Below, in pieces: positions 50,266 through 62,842 of a stretch of 64,000 bases of DNA (position 1 is its first letter; every line of letters starts with the position of its first letter). Below the pieces are notes generated by a model. That model was not told where the DNA came from, did not search any database, and saw only the letters and a list, made by a program, of their open reading frames with translations. Location: contig CM059432.1 of the NCBI GenBank assembly GCA_030390025.1, positions 9,362,001 to 9,426,000 on the forward strand. The letters run 5' to 3'. The position numbers and the translations under genes are program-made. Source of the stretch: Squalus acanthias (taxonomy: Eukaryota).

Positions 50266-50764
50266 TTAATGGTCGGAAGTCTTCACATGATCCCTGCTTA
50301 CACACTCGGGTACGGATGTTCAGTCATATCTGGCACTCTGATCCTGAAGCTTTAAATAACTAATTTCAGTGTGAAAGTGAAGTACTAATGTCGCTGGAAA
50401 GCACGTTGTCGTCGTACGTTACATATTGTTGCTAGGATCCCGGAATAGTTCAGCATCATATCATAAATGAAACAACTTTCCATTCAGCAGTTTACTGTTA
50501 ACATGCCGACTTCGTCTTGCTGACTGATTTGTCCGGTCTCGATCTAATCAGTAATTGCTTAATTGAAAGATTGATGCTTAAACCGTTTCCAAATGTTCTT
50601 GCATCTGCCGTGTGTTCATCATACTTCAGAGGTCACCCTTCAAAGTACCAAAAATATCAGAAGGACAGGCAGTCCCTTCAGTTGGCTCCTTATAATCGGG
50701 AGCTGAATTTTTACAGGCACCTGTCAATCTGGAAACATGCCCTCACCAATAGCAATTATCCTGT

Positions 50765-51100
50765 AAAGCAAAACACTGCAGAGACTGGAGATCCGCAATC
50801 AAAACCGAAGATGCTGGAAACGCTCAGCGGGTCGGGCAGCATCTGCAGAGAGGGAAACGGGGTTAACGTTTCAGGCCACTGACCTTTCGTCAGAACTGGA
50901 AAAAAGTTAGAGATGTAACAGTTTCCAAGCAAGCGCAAAGCCAGGGGAAAAGGGGGAAGGGAAAGAACAAACGGGAGAGGTCCGTGACAGGGTGGAGGGC
51001 AGGAGTGATTCAATGACGAAAGGCGAAAGCGGGGGGGGGTTAATGGGACAAGCGTAGGAACAAAAGATGGGTCTAGAGGAGTTAGAAATGGTTATAGCAG
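50765..51100 (-). mobile_element. Penelope-like 3' end / pseudo-LTR with hammerhead motif (50858-50900)
   Basis: Homologous to 58320-58660. Confidence 0.65.
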
Positions 51101-51414
51101 AACTGTAGCGGGGGAGGGCAGCATGGATAATCTGGCAAAGAGGAGAAGGCTCCCGTGGCCCAGGAATGACCTAAGGAGCTGTCTATTTACAATGAGTTGA
51201 TGAGATATTAAAGGGACCGGTACAGCAGCAGCTTGGCAGCAGATGTAGACATTGTAAGTTACGTGGCAGAACAGTCATCCCATTATCATAAAATAGCATG
51301 TCGTACGGCTGGCCGTGTTCTCTGGTTGGTCAGTTTATCGTCCACGGTTTTGTGATGTCAGAACAGCGCTGATTCCAGCACTATTACTATTTTCGTTGAG
51401 GTGGATTTCTGTCC

Positions 51415-51740
51415 TTCGAATGAGACGTTAAACCGAGGCCCCGTCTGCTCTCTCAGGTGGAGGGAGAAAAATGCCACGGCACTATTTTGAAGAAGAGCAG
51501 GGCAGATCTCCCCGGTGTCCTGGGCCAATATTTATTCCTCCACCAACATCACTAAAAAACAGATTCTCTGGTCATTATCACGTTGCTGTTTGTGGGAGCT
51601 TGCTGTGCGTGAATCGGCTGGTGCGTTTCCTGCATTACAACAGTGACTGCACTTTCAAAAAGTACTTTGTTGGCTGTAAAGCGCTTTTGGACATCCTGAG
51701 GTGGTGGAAGGCGCTACAGAAATGAAAATCTTCCTTCCTT
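51415..51740 (+). mobile_element. DeuSINE lacking head
   Basis: Core and tail. Confidence 0.75.
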
Positions 51741-52080
51741 TTACTTGATTTCCGCTGTGTTAGAAATAACCAAGAGAACAGCAGAAGTTTAATCTGCATC
51801 CCTACCCCGAGGGCAGCCTCAACATTAGCTCTATACTCACTCCAGAAATAGTGCAATCATCAAGCCTGTTCTTTATAAGCAGGTTGATGATGTCCCTGCA
51901 ACTGAGGAAATCTTCCGCTCGTGACGCACAGACAGCTGGAGGTAAAGAACCAGGTCTGTCAACATTCGCAGAGAGAAAAGGCCGAGGTGATTCGTTGACA
52001 AAGGATTCGCGAAAACTAGTCAGTGAAAACCTTTTCTAATCGCTTCAGTATTTAATAAAAGCAACAAAAAAAACCATTAA

Positions 52081-52398
52081 GGCCGGAATTTTAATCTGGA
52101 GGCTGGTTGGGAGCTGGCAGTGGGGGGAGGGGGGGGGGGGGCGGGGGGGGGCAGAGGGCTAGAAAGCAGTCGGAAAACCCGGGAGAACGGGTTTCCCACA
52201 GGCCCTGAAGAATTTAACGGCAGGGCCTGATTTGCGTTTCGAAGCTCTGTTTCTGCCCACGCGCCCCCCCCCCCTCAATCCCGCCTCCGTTAACACCGGA
52301 AGTGGGCGGGTTGGGGTCGGGATTCAGTTTTTTAACACCTTAACCTCCCACCCCACCCCACCCCACCCCACCCGATTTTGGGGGCTAAAAATTCTCTC
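52081..52398. mobile_element. Probable Harbinger-type MITE
   Basis: GGCCGGAATTTT ... AAAATTCTCTCC; GC-rich interior. Confidence 0.45.
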
Positions 52399-52819
52399 CT
52401 CAATGTGGATGGAATATTTTAAAGACCTACCTGAGGTAAAGACTTTATGGCGGATGGAATCCAGGCCGCTAACAGAGCTCTGTGTCAACAACGGCGAAGG
52501 ACATGTGAAGAGGTCGGAATGCTTAAGCTTCTTCTCAGCATCCCCAGCGCTCCAATATTCATCACATTTAGTGAACGCTTTATAACCAATTACGGCAGAT
52601 AGCAAGACTCGCGGTTTAAGACGTTAAAACATAGAAATGAGTCCGTTGTCTCGTGCGCCAGCTTTGCTCAGTTACTACCACTCTCATTTCTGAGTCAGAT
52701 GTTGTAGGTCTAAGCCCTATCGAGGAATCCTGGACTCAGAAGGGGTAGTTGTCCAAGGTGAGCTTACTGGCGTAGAGCCTTGTGAACACGCGTCAGGTAT
52801 TTAGGTAGGGTGGAGTAGA

Positions 52820-53166
52820 GAAAGAGCTTGCATTTATACAGCGCCTTTCACAACCTCAGCACGTCCCAAAGTGCTTAACAGCCAATGAAGTACTTTTGAA
52901 GTGTGGTCACTGTTGTAATGTGAGAAACGCAGCTGCCAATTTGTGCACAGCAAGATCCCACAATCAGACATGTAATAATGATCGGATTACCTGCCCAAGA
53001 GAGCGGACTCTTCTGAAAGACGGCACCTCCGACAGTGCGGCACTCCCTCAGCCCTGCCCTGGAGTGTCAGCCTAGATTTTTGTGCTCAAGTCCCCGGAGT
53101 GAGTCTTGAACCCACGACCATTCCGCCTCAGAGGCGCGAGTGCTGCCCACTGAGCCACGGCTGACA
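52820..53166 (-). mobile_element. DeuSINE with internal deletion
   Basis: Head and tail present. Confidence 0.75.
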
Positions 53167-53172
53167 CCGTGA

Positions 53173-53323
53173 GGGCGAATCTTTGCGGGATTTCTCCCGT
53201 AGAGTCGCAGGAACGCCGAGGAAACGAGATAAACATCATTCCTGCTCTTTCTCCGGGGGTTTCCACAACTCGTCCACCGAAGTCACAGCAGACAAGTGGG
53301 AGAACCACTGGGGAAATTCACCC
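53173..53323. mobile_element. Short palindromic MITE
   Basis: GGGCGAAT ... AATTCACCC ends with imperfect internal symmetry. Confidence 0.4.
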
Positions 53324-53391
53324 TCGAAGTCTCGGTGCTTCGTCTCGGCTCCCTGTAGCCCCCACTGCCCTTAACTTAGAAATAAGAATTC

Positions 53392-53620
53392 AAAAGCAAA
53401 AATACCGCAGATGCTGGGAACCTGAAATAAAAACAGAAAATACCTGGAAATACTCAGCAGGTCAGGCAGCATCTGTGGAGAGAGAAACAGAGTTAACGTT
53501 TCAGGTGGATGACCCTTCGTCAGAACTGGGAAACGATCATCGGCCTGAAACGTTAACCTCTCTCCGCAGACGCTGCCTGACCCACTGAGCGTTTCTCCAA
53601 CATTTTCGGTTTTTATTCCA
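53392..53620. mobile_element. Penelope-like pseudo-LTR in inverted tandem
   Basis: 53400-53530 (-) followed by a partial inverted copy 53535-53620 (+). Confidence 0.7.
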
Positions 53621-54544
53621 CTATTATGGGATGCATTTTACAGGCGAATATGAGAGGGTGAGGCAATGGCTGGGTCGTATGCCGGGGTATCGCTTTAAGC
53701 AGTCTGCTGCTGTTGCTGGAGCACTGCAATGCAGAGTTTTCCCATGCACGAGTGTGTTGTGAGCGTGCTGCCAACATCCTCTATTATTTAAAAGCTTCTT
53801 TCCCATCCTTCTTTCTGAATTGTTTCTTGTACTCATTCCTTGGCTTGTTGCAGCTGGGTAATTTTTTTTTTGTGGAAAATAATGAAGCACACTGACCCGC
53901 AAGACCTTTGCTTCTTTGCTCCGCTCTTTGAATTCAAACATGTTTTCTACAGTCTGGCATGCTCGCACTCCTGTGATGCCTTCTCTGTTGGGTCAAGCTG
54001 CTTTAATGCCAGGATGTGTGCGATCCCCACGGAAACCAACAGGCAGCGGTTAAAGTTCATCCTCAAACATCATTCCATGAACTGTGTTCCAATTCAAAGA
54101 GTGACTTTGGAGTCTCGTGCTGTTTCGTAGAATCAGACAGCACAGAAGGAGGCCCTTTGGCTCAGTGCGCCTGTGGAAGAACTGTCCAAGTAGTCCCACA
54201 CACACCAACCCCCACCCCCCTGCTCTTTCTCCTCAGCCCTGCAAGTTTTGTCCCTTCGAGTATTTATCCAGTTCCCTCATGAATGCGCAAAAATCCTGTG
54301 ATTTCAAATGGGGTGACACTATCAAAGTTAGATCATTATTCTTTTGGTGAGATAATTATTCTTTTAGGTAGGAGATAATTTATTGCAGGCAGATGGAGTT
54401 TTCTTGCTTGATTCATTTGAGGTTCCTGTGTAGGACAACAGTTCTCACCGGCATAATGTGGAGCAGAAAGTTGCATCTATTGCACTTGTTTACACAACTG
54501 CTATTGTCTCCATCTCGTTAGTGCTGTTGATTATTTACGTGCTC

Positions 54545-55180
54545 ACATCGTTCCTTCATCGTCGCTGGGCCAAAAATCCTGAAGCTCCCTCCCCACCAGC
54601 ATTGTGGGAGCACCTTCACCATGCGGACTGCAGCGGCTGCTTTCTCTGTGACCTCCTCCAGCCCCACAACCCTCCCAGATCTCTGCGCTGCTCCGATTCT
54701 GGCTTCTTGCGCAGCCACGATTTTCATCGCTCCACCATTGTTGGCCGTGCCTTCAGCTGCCTTGGGCCCCTAAGCTCTGGAATTCCCTCCCTAAACCTCT
54801 CCGCCTCTCCACCTCTCTCTCCTTTAAGACTGGCTTCTGTGATGGGGGGTGGGGGGTACCTCAGGAGTAGGCTGATATGAATCATCCACTCGGCACTTCC
54901 GGCTGAAGCTGTTTGCAAACGCTTTTTAAAACTTACCTTTTTGACCAAGCTTTTGGCCATCTGTCCTAATATCTCCTTACGTGGCTCAGTGTCAAATTTT
55001 GCCTGATAACGCTTCTGTGAAGCGCCCTGGGATGTTTTACGATGTTAAAGGCGCTATAGAAACGTATACAGCAAGTTGTTGTTGTTCAATAGGAAGGCCC
55101 ACCACCACCTTCTCAAGGGCAACTAGCGATGAGCAATAAATGACGGTCTTGCCAGCAACGCCCACATCCCAAGAATTATT
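54545..55180 (+). mobile_element. CR1/L2-group LINE 3' end split by an L2 3' fragment (about 54640-55086)
   Basis: Matches 9595-9780 and 24620-24966 respectively. Confidence 0.7.
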
Positions 55181-55440
55181 TTTTTAAATAGTCATATGAT
55201 CCTGTTATACAACACACCTGGTTGAGCAACCATTTTGCCTTCAGCACATAGTATGCATATCTTTCCTTACAATTTGGATAATTATATCTTCATTTATCTT
55301 CATTTAAATAAATGTGATTGCTGGTATCCTATCCCCACAGGATATTGTTCTTATAAGGAGCCAACAATGGTGGAAGAAAGTTTAAAGAGTGTACAAATGA
55401 ACTTGTAGCATGAGTATTGGTAAGTCAAACACAAGTCATA

Positions 55441-56347
55441 GGGGGAAAAATTCGGTTGGTTTGCGCCTCCCGTTAGCGCCTTAAGAGGGCGCTAATGGGG
55501 CGCAAAGCAACTAGCGCCCGGGCGCGGCGATGTTTGTGCCGCTCACGAAATTAACTCGACATTTTGCGGCGGCGCTAAACACTACCGCCACGATCTCCTG
55601 CGTCGGCAGATCATGACGTAGTCGAGAGTGCAACGCCCTGGTAGCGCCCCTGGACCGGATATTGAGTGGCGCCCCCTGTCTTACCGCCTGCCACTAGCAA
55701 TGACAGGTTGAGGGGAGCGTTTTGCAGTCAGGAAGGGACTGGGGGTGCGCTATTTAAAGGCGACCGCTTCCTGCTTTTTTTGTCGGCGACATTTTTGCAC
55801 CACGCATTCTGAGAGAGAGAGAGAGAGACTGCAGGAGATATTCAAAGCTGTGTTGAGGAGTTTTGGGTACTGAGCAGCACTTTGCAGGGTCTTTCTGATT
55901 TGATCTTCCTTGTATCAATTTAGAAGAGAATATGGGGGCTGCACTCTGAGGCTGCACTCTGAGCTCTTTCCCTGGGCCTCTCCATTGTTCTTTCCAACAG
56001 ATTTGATGTACAGGTCTCTCCAGGCCGAGATTCAAGGCTGCAATGAGCAGGATGTGGATGGAGAGCAAGATCAACCCTCCCCTTTAAGAACTGGCCGGCG
56101 CCATTGTGTCTCTGTTCCATTGCTGACTGACATCACATGAGCTTCGCCAGCGCTCTGAGGTAGCGCCTCGCTCCTCGGCCTTTGCGCCTTAAGACAGGTG
56201 TGTAGCGCCTGAATTAGCGCTCCAATCACCTCCAGGGGCGATAAAAGCCAAGTTTGCAGTCGGAGGCGATAATTAGCGCCAGGCGCTAAACTTTGCGCCC
56301 CACCGATAATTGCGCCCCAAATGGGGCGATACTGAATTTCTCCCCCC
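55441..56347 (+). mobile_element. Non-autonomous internal-deletion derivative of the autonomous Harbinger family
   Basis: GGGGGAAAAATT ... AATTTCTCCCCCC; same junction as 42076-42963; flanks rejoin to CR1 gtcatagtctcagg. Confidence 0.9.
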
Positions 56348-56637
56348 TAGTCTCAGGATAAGGGGTCGGCCATTTAGGATTGAGATGAGGAGGAATTTCT
56401 TCACTCAGAAGGTTGTGTATCTTTGGAATTCTCTACCCCAGAGGGCTGTGGATGCTGAGTCGTTGAGTATATTCAAGGCTGAGATCGATAGATTTTTGGA
56501 CACTAAGGGACTCAAGAGATATGGAGATTGGGCGGGAAAGTGGAGTTGAGGTAGAAGATCAGCCACGATCTTATTGAATGGCGGAGCAGGCTGGAGGGGC
56601 CACATGGCCGACTCCTGCTCCTATTTCTTACGTTCTT
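56348..56637 (+). mobile_element. CR1 3' fragment
   Basis: ORF2 end plus tail. Confidence 0.85.
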
Positions 56638-58319
56638 AGAAGCAATGTCTTCCTTTGTTCCAACTGCCATTACACCATTTCTTACTCTTGCAGATCTGGG
56701 AAGAGGGGTAACACCAAAAGGGAAAAAATAACTATTATGTGTGCCGAGTACAAATGGCAATTTTTGATTCAGGAATAACATTTGCAGCCGTTAACCCCCA
56801 GAGATTTATTAGGAATCAATGTTCGCTTGAGTTTAGGTTGTTGAATGGAGTCAGATCAACACCAAGCTTTGTGATATTTGATTCAAATAACCTTACTTTC
56901 CTTTCAAGGTGTGTAAATTGACACTTCATTAGCTCCGCGCTTGCAAATGAGCCCCGCTTTGCTTTGCCGCTGATTTCTGTGGGGAAAGAGGGATTTGAAC
57001 AATTTGCATCAGTCTCCAAATGTTATGGGTTGGCTCCAGCTTAGATAGAATCAATTTAGTAACTGAATCAGTGCCAGCTTACTCATTCCCCAACGTAATG
57101 TTATTATCAATCCTTGTTTTCAATAATAATTAAATCGTTGGCTGGGACCAAACACAACCAGAAATTATTTTTTTGCCGATATTAGCAAACAAACGTTTAG
57201 TCCGTCCCTGTGATATTCCTCTGCCCATTATTTTAATTGAGGTATTAGCCCACTTATTTCAGCAGTGTGCTTGACCGGTTATGGTCTATTTTTGTGGTAG
57301 TCTTTGTTTTTTTAGTTTCGCAAATGTGTTGAAAATTTAGCAGCATACCCAAGCAAGGTCATGTGTTTGGGACGTTCACGCAAAAGACAATCTTTGCTTT
57401 AGGACAATGTCTCCCCCAGCTGACAATGACTAAGGGGTAAATTGGGGTAAATTTTCATGATCAGTGCTTGTGGTTTGCTCCTCTGACATGCCAGGAATTT
57501 CGGCATGTCGACCCTTTTCCCGCTCCCCCCTCCCCTCCACCACCAGGATTTTCTATTCATTCATTTTAACTGATGGCAAATCACGGGGAGCGGCGGCCCG
57601 AATTCCCGATATCATAGAATCATACAGCACAGAAGGAGGCCATTCAGCTCATCGTGCCTGTGCCGACTCTTTGGAAGAGCGATCCAACCAGTCTCACTCC
57701 AAGCTCCCTCCCCCACCCCCCCTCCGCCCCCCCCCCCCCCCCCCCGCCCCACCGCTCTTTCCCCACGGTCCTGCAAATCTTTTCATAGAGTCATAGCGGC
57801 ACAGAAGGAGGCCATTCTGTCCATCGAGTCCGTGCCGGCTCTCTGTAGAGCTATCCAGTCAGTCCCCTTCCCCCGCTCTATCCCCGTAACCCTTTAAGTA
57901 TTCATGAAAGCTACTATTGAACCTGCTTCCACCCTTATGGGTGCATTCCAGATCACATCAACTCGCATGTTTCCTCATGTCGCCTCTAGCTCCTTTGCCA
58001 ATCACCTACAAGCTTTGAGCTCGGAATGCTCTGTACCAAGAGTGCTGAAGATCAAAGATGATTCCATAAATCCAAGATATTGTCACCCATACTTCGACCA
58101 AGATATGCCGAGGTTCCACCAATGGCGAAACATCCTAGCCGTTTGTTTCTGCGCAAAACGAAGTACAAAAACCACATTCCAGGCATGAACAAGCACTTAA
58201 CAAGATCCTAATAACGTTCTATTTTTAGTCACTTCACTTTCATTATTTACACATCAGGAAGAAATTACCTTTAAACAAGGACAACTCATTTTCAAGGAAA
58301 ATGACAGACAATACCGCTA

Positions 58320-58870
58320 AAGCAAAACACTGCAGATGCTGGAAATCTGAAATAAAACCAGAAAATGCTGGAAACACTCAGCAGGTCAGGCAGCATCTGT
58401 GGAGAGAGAAACAGAGTTAACGTTTCAGGTCGATGACCCTTCGTCAGAACTGGAAAAAGTTAGAGATGTAACGGGTTTTAAGCAAGTGCAGGGGCAGGAA
58501 AGCGGGGAGGGGAGGAAAGAACAAAAGGGAAGGTCTGTGATAGGATGGAAGAAGGAGAGATTAAATGACAAAAGGGATGATAGTGCGAGGCAAAAGGAGA
58601 TGGAAATGGGACAAGTAAAGAAACAAAAGCTGGGTCTAGAAGAGGTGTAAATGGGAATAGCAGAATCATCAAAAGCTGCCATCTGAAAAAATGGGGGTAG
58701 AGGTTATGGTCTGAAATTGTTGAACTCAATGTTGAGTCCAGAAGGCTGTAAAGTGCCTGATAGAAAGATGAGATGCTGTTCCTCGAGCTTACATTGAGCT
58801 TCGTTGGAACACTGTAGGAGGCCGAGGACAGAGAGGTCAGAGTGGGAGTGGAGCGGAGAATGCAGACAAT
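58320..58870 (-). mobile_element. Penelope-like element 3' end with pseudo-LTR
   Basis: - strand encodes RKLEEQHLIF.SGTLQPSGLNIEF (GIY-YIG C-terminus-like) followed by the HHR-bearing repeat. Confidence 0.75.
58412..58453 (-). ncRNA. Minimal type I hammerhead ribozyme motif
   Basis: CCAGUU-CUGACGA-AGG(GUCAUCGA)CCU-GAAAC-GUU-AACUCUG: conserved core boxes, stem II, palindromic AACGUU stem III, stem I AGUU/AACU. Confidence 0.6.
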
Positions 58871-59204
58871 ATCAGGTTGGCACAACTTTACGCATTGCGC
58901 CTTTTCATGTGCTGTTCTTTATCCTTAATATTTTAGGGTTTCTAATAATTTAACGCCAAAAGATAAAGGAATAATAACTCGATTCATTCTGGTTGAAAGC
59001 AATATCGCATACAACATTTCAACTTTTGTTTACAATCTTCATTTTACAGAGCGACCTACATTTCCTGCATAATCAAAATGTAGAGGCAAGATTTATACAT
59101 TTTTATTGTTGTGTTGCCAATGTTAATAATTATTGATATCAAGAGAACATTGGGTTCTGCAATCTGTGAATCGCGTGCTTCTCTGGGTATTAACTGGATT
59201 GGGT

Positions 59205-59500
59205 AATCGGGAGACACAGATTGAAGCTAATTGGTAAAAGAACCAGAGGGGACATGAGGGAAAAAAAAATTATGCAGCAAGTTGTTACGAGCTGGAACGC
59301 GCTGCCTGAAAGGGCGGTGGAAGCAGATTCAATACTCACGTTCAAAAGGGAATTGGATAAAGAGCTGAAGGAGAAACATTTGCAGGGCTACGGGGAAAGA
59401 GCAGGGGGAGTGGGTCTAATTGGATATCTCTTTCAAAGAGCCGGCACAGGTACGAGGGGCCGAATGGCCTCCTTCTGTGCTGTATCATTCTATGATTCTC
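59205..59500 (+). mobile_element. CR1 3' fragment
   Basis: WNALPERAVEADS...GYGERAG plus tail. Confidence 0.75.
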
Positions 59501-60204
59501 GGATTCGAATGCCTGTTCATGGGTACTATACCGGTGTGCTAAACATCTGTGCCCTGGGGATGCAGATGTTAAATGATGATTTCATGCAGCTGCTTACTTC
59601 TAGCCGGGGCAGAGGCTTTTCCGGAAAGGAATTGAGCGCAGGAGTCCATCAGCCAGCTTGCTTAATTGAAAATGAGCGATTGGAACACTGGAATAAAACA
59701 TATGCGGCCAATTAGACTGGGGGGTGGGGGGGGGGAAGAAATGCACAGCTTTTCACACGTTTAAAAAATCTCCTGCGGGTTTTTTTTTACCTCGCCTCTC
59801 AGTAGACTGAAACATAAAGCCGTAGATGTTCTTCGTTTCTGCTGGAGTTGCGCAGAGGTAAATGAGTAACCTGCCGCAACTATTTCGGAACTGCCCTGGG
59901 ATTAGATGCTTTTCAGGACATGTTGTCCAGATTCCTACCAGACGTGCTGAAGGTTAATCACCCCTTGGTTCCCGGTACGGTGCGGTGTGGATAAAACCCA
60001 CCGGAGTGGATCAAATCACAAACCCAAGTCGGCCCTTTTTACGACCTCTGGGTGCAAGAGAATACATTCTCCGTTTATGAAAGGATTCCTGTTTGGGGAA
60101 ATGCAGTATTCGGATGGGGGGAAAAAGACTTCACCTCTGCTGGATTTCGCAGCCACGATCTTCAAAATGAAAGAGGTGTAGAAAGGAATTTTCTGATGCC
60201 GAGG

Positions 60205-60803
60205 AAAAAGGAAGACTTGCGTTTATATAGCGCCCCTCACGACCACCGGACGTCCCAAAGCGCTTTACAGCCCAATTAAGTACATTTTGAAGTGTGGTCA
60301 GCAATGTGATAATGACCAGATAATCTGTTTTAATATCCAACTCCTTCTTGAATCTAATAGAATCATAGAAGATAGGAGCAGGAGCAGGCCATTCGGCCCC
60401 TCTAGCCTGCTCCGCCATTCAATGCGATCATGGCTGATCATCCAAATTCAGTACCCTGTCCCTGCTTTCTCCCCATATCCCTTGATCCCTTTAGCTTTAA
60501 GAAATATATCCAACCAATGATGTTGATTGAGGGATAAATATTGGCCGGGACACTGGGGAGAATTCCCCTGCTCTTCTTCGAAATAGTGCCGTGGGATCTT
60601 TTACGTCTACCTGAGAGAGCGGACTGGGCCTCGGTTTAACGTCTCATCCAAAAGACGGCACCTCCGACAGTGCAGCACTCCCTCAGTACTGTACTGGGAG
60701 TGTCAGCTTTGATTTTTGTGCTCAAGTCTCTTGGAGTAGGGACTCGAACCCACAACCTTCTGACTCAGAGGCAAGGGTGCCAGCAACTGAGCCGTGACTG
60801 ACA
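60205..60803 (-). mobile_element. DeuSINE interrupted by a CR1 tail piece (about 60335-60512)
   Basis: SINE halves flank the CR1 sequence. Confidence 0.75.
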
Positions 60804-60941
60804 GGACATCATTCAGGAAGACTAATCACTAGATTAGAAAAAAAATTAACAGAATCCCAGCTGCCAGCTTACTCCTGAGGAGGACTACATTTTAATAAAA
60901 ACAGATTAGTACTCTGGTGCCTCTTTCTATGTTGGATATGA

Positions 60942-61418
60942 ACAGAGGAGATTTACGAGGATGTTGCCAGGACTGGAGAATTTTAACTATGAGGAAAGAT
61001 TGGATAGGCTGGGGTGGTTTTCTTTGGAACAGAGGAGGCTGAGGGGAGATTTAATTGAGGTGTGTAAAATTATGAGGGGCCTAGATAGGGTGGATAGGAA
61101 GGACCTATTTCCCTTAGTAGAAGAGTCAATAACCAGGGGGCACAGATTTAAAGTAATTGGTGGAAGGATTAGAGGGGAGTTGAGGAGAACTTTTTTCACC
61201 CAGAGGGTGGTGGGGGTCTGGAACTCACTGCCTGAAAGGGCAGTAGAGGCAGAAACCCTCATCGCATTTAAAAAGTACTTGGATATGCACTTGAAGTGCT
61301 GTAACCTGCAGGGCTACGGACCAAGAGCTGGAAAGTGGGGTTAGGCTGGAGAGCTCTTTTTCGGCCGACGATGGGCCGAATGGCCTCCTTCTGTGCCATA
61401 AACTTCTACGATTCTATG
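60942..61418 (+). mobile_element. CR1 3' fragment
   Basis: 127-aa ORF2 C-terminus plus tail. Confidence 0.88.
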
Positions 61419-61419
61419 A

Positions 61420-62391
61420 AAAATTTCGGAATTATCTGCACAATGAGGCGATGGCGTAAAAATGCATTTGGGGCCTGTATTCAGGCCTAAAATGGGCAGT
61501 GTGCTGGGAGTGAGCACTAGAATCTGGAGGCCCGGGACTCACCAGTAATTGGGCCTCGGGCCACACCGGCACGTTGCCGGCGAGCTGCAGATGCCAAACG
61601 GGTGACCAGTTCGGGCGTCGGTTCGACAAGGATGAAGTTGGGCCAGGGCCTGTCGGGTAGTTCCTGGCGGGGGGGGGGCGGTGAGGAGAACTCGAGGAGG
61701 GGGCCGGATCGAAGGCTGGCAGCGGCCTTCAGAAGTGCTGTAGAGTCGGGAGGAAGTCTCCTGCTCACCCCAGCCCCAAATAAAATTACGTTTTTTAAAA
61801 AATGTACTTACCTTTACAACTTGCGTTTATATAGCACCTTTAAGGAGCGCCTTAAAGGAGACGAGGGAGGTAGTGAGGCGGAGAAAGAAGGAAAGAAGAA
61901 AGAAAGACTTGCATTTGTGTAGCGCCTTTCACGACCACCGGACGTCTCAAAGCGCTTTGCAGCCAATGAAGTACTTTTGAAGTGGAGTCACTGTTGTAAT
62001 TAAAGAGGTTTAGGGAGGGAATTCCAGAGCTTAGGGTCAAAGAGATAGGTTTTAATGAGCATCTTAAAGGAGGAGAGACAGGTAGAGAGGCGGAGAGGTT
62101 TAAGGAGGGAGTTTCAGAGCTTAGGCCACATAAGGAACCAAAAGAATTCAGAGAAGCAGGCCAGAACACCTGTTCCACTCAGCATCGCCTAATTTCACGG
62201 CGAGGTCCTTAAACAGACATTAGGCCCAATGAATATGTTAATAAGGGGCCGACGCCTGTTTAAGGCAGCTGCCCGGGAAGCCTGCATATTGTGCCGAGGC
62301 CAATATGGTTTCAGATGGATTTCAGGTCTACTTGATGCACACAAAGTTTCCTACCTGGAAAACGTTTTAAAGAAGGATCAATTTCTCCCCC
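61420..62391. mobile_element. Probable GC-rich Harbinger-type MITE interrupted by L2/DeuSINE pieces (about 61815-62130)
   Basis: Right end AATTTCTCCCCC; left end not clear. Confidence 0.4.
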
Positions 62392-62419
62392 ATTGCCAGT
62401 AAATGTAACAACATACACA

Positions 62420-62842
62420 CATAAGAACATAAGAAATAAGAGCAGGAGTCGGCCATTTGGCCCTTCGAGCCTGCTCCGCCATTCAATAAGATCATGGCTG
62501 ATCTTCTACCTCATCTCCACTTTCCTGCACTATCCCCATATCCCTTGATTCCCTTAATATTCAAAAATTATCGATCTCTGTCTTGAATATACTCAACGAC
62601 TGAGCCTCCACAGCCCTCTGGGGTAGAGAACTCCAAAGATTCACCACCCTCTGAGTGAAGAAATCTCTCCTCATCTCAGTCCTAAATGGCCGACCCCTTA
62701 TTCTGAGACTGTGACCCCTGGTTCTAGACTCCCCAGCCAGGGGAAACATCCTCCCTGCATTTACCCTGTCAAGCCCTGTAAGAATTTTGTATGTTTTAAT
62801 GAGATCACCTCTCATTCTTCTAAACTCTAGAGAATATAGGCT
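62420..62842 (-). mobile_element. CR1 3' fragment
   Basis: ORF2 C-terminus plus tail. Confidence 0.85.

Noticed and set aside
54458..54880. 140-aa ORF with hydrophobic N-terminus
   Set aside because: Non-ATG start; mostly assembled from LINE 3' fragments
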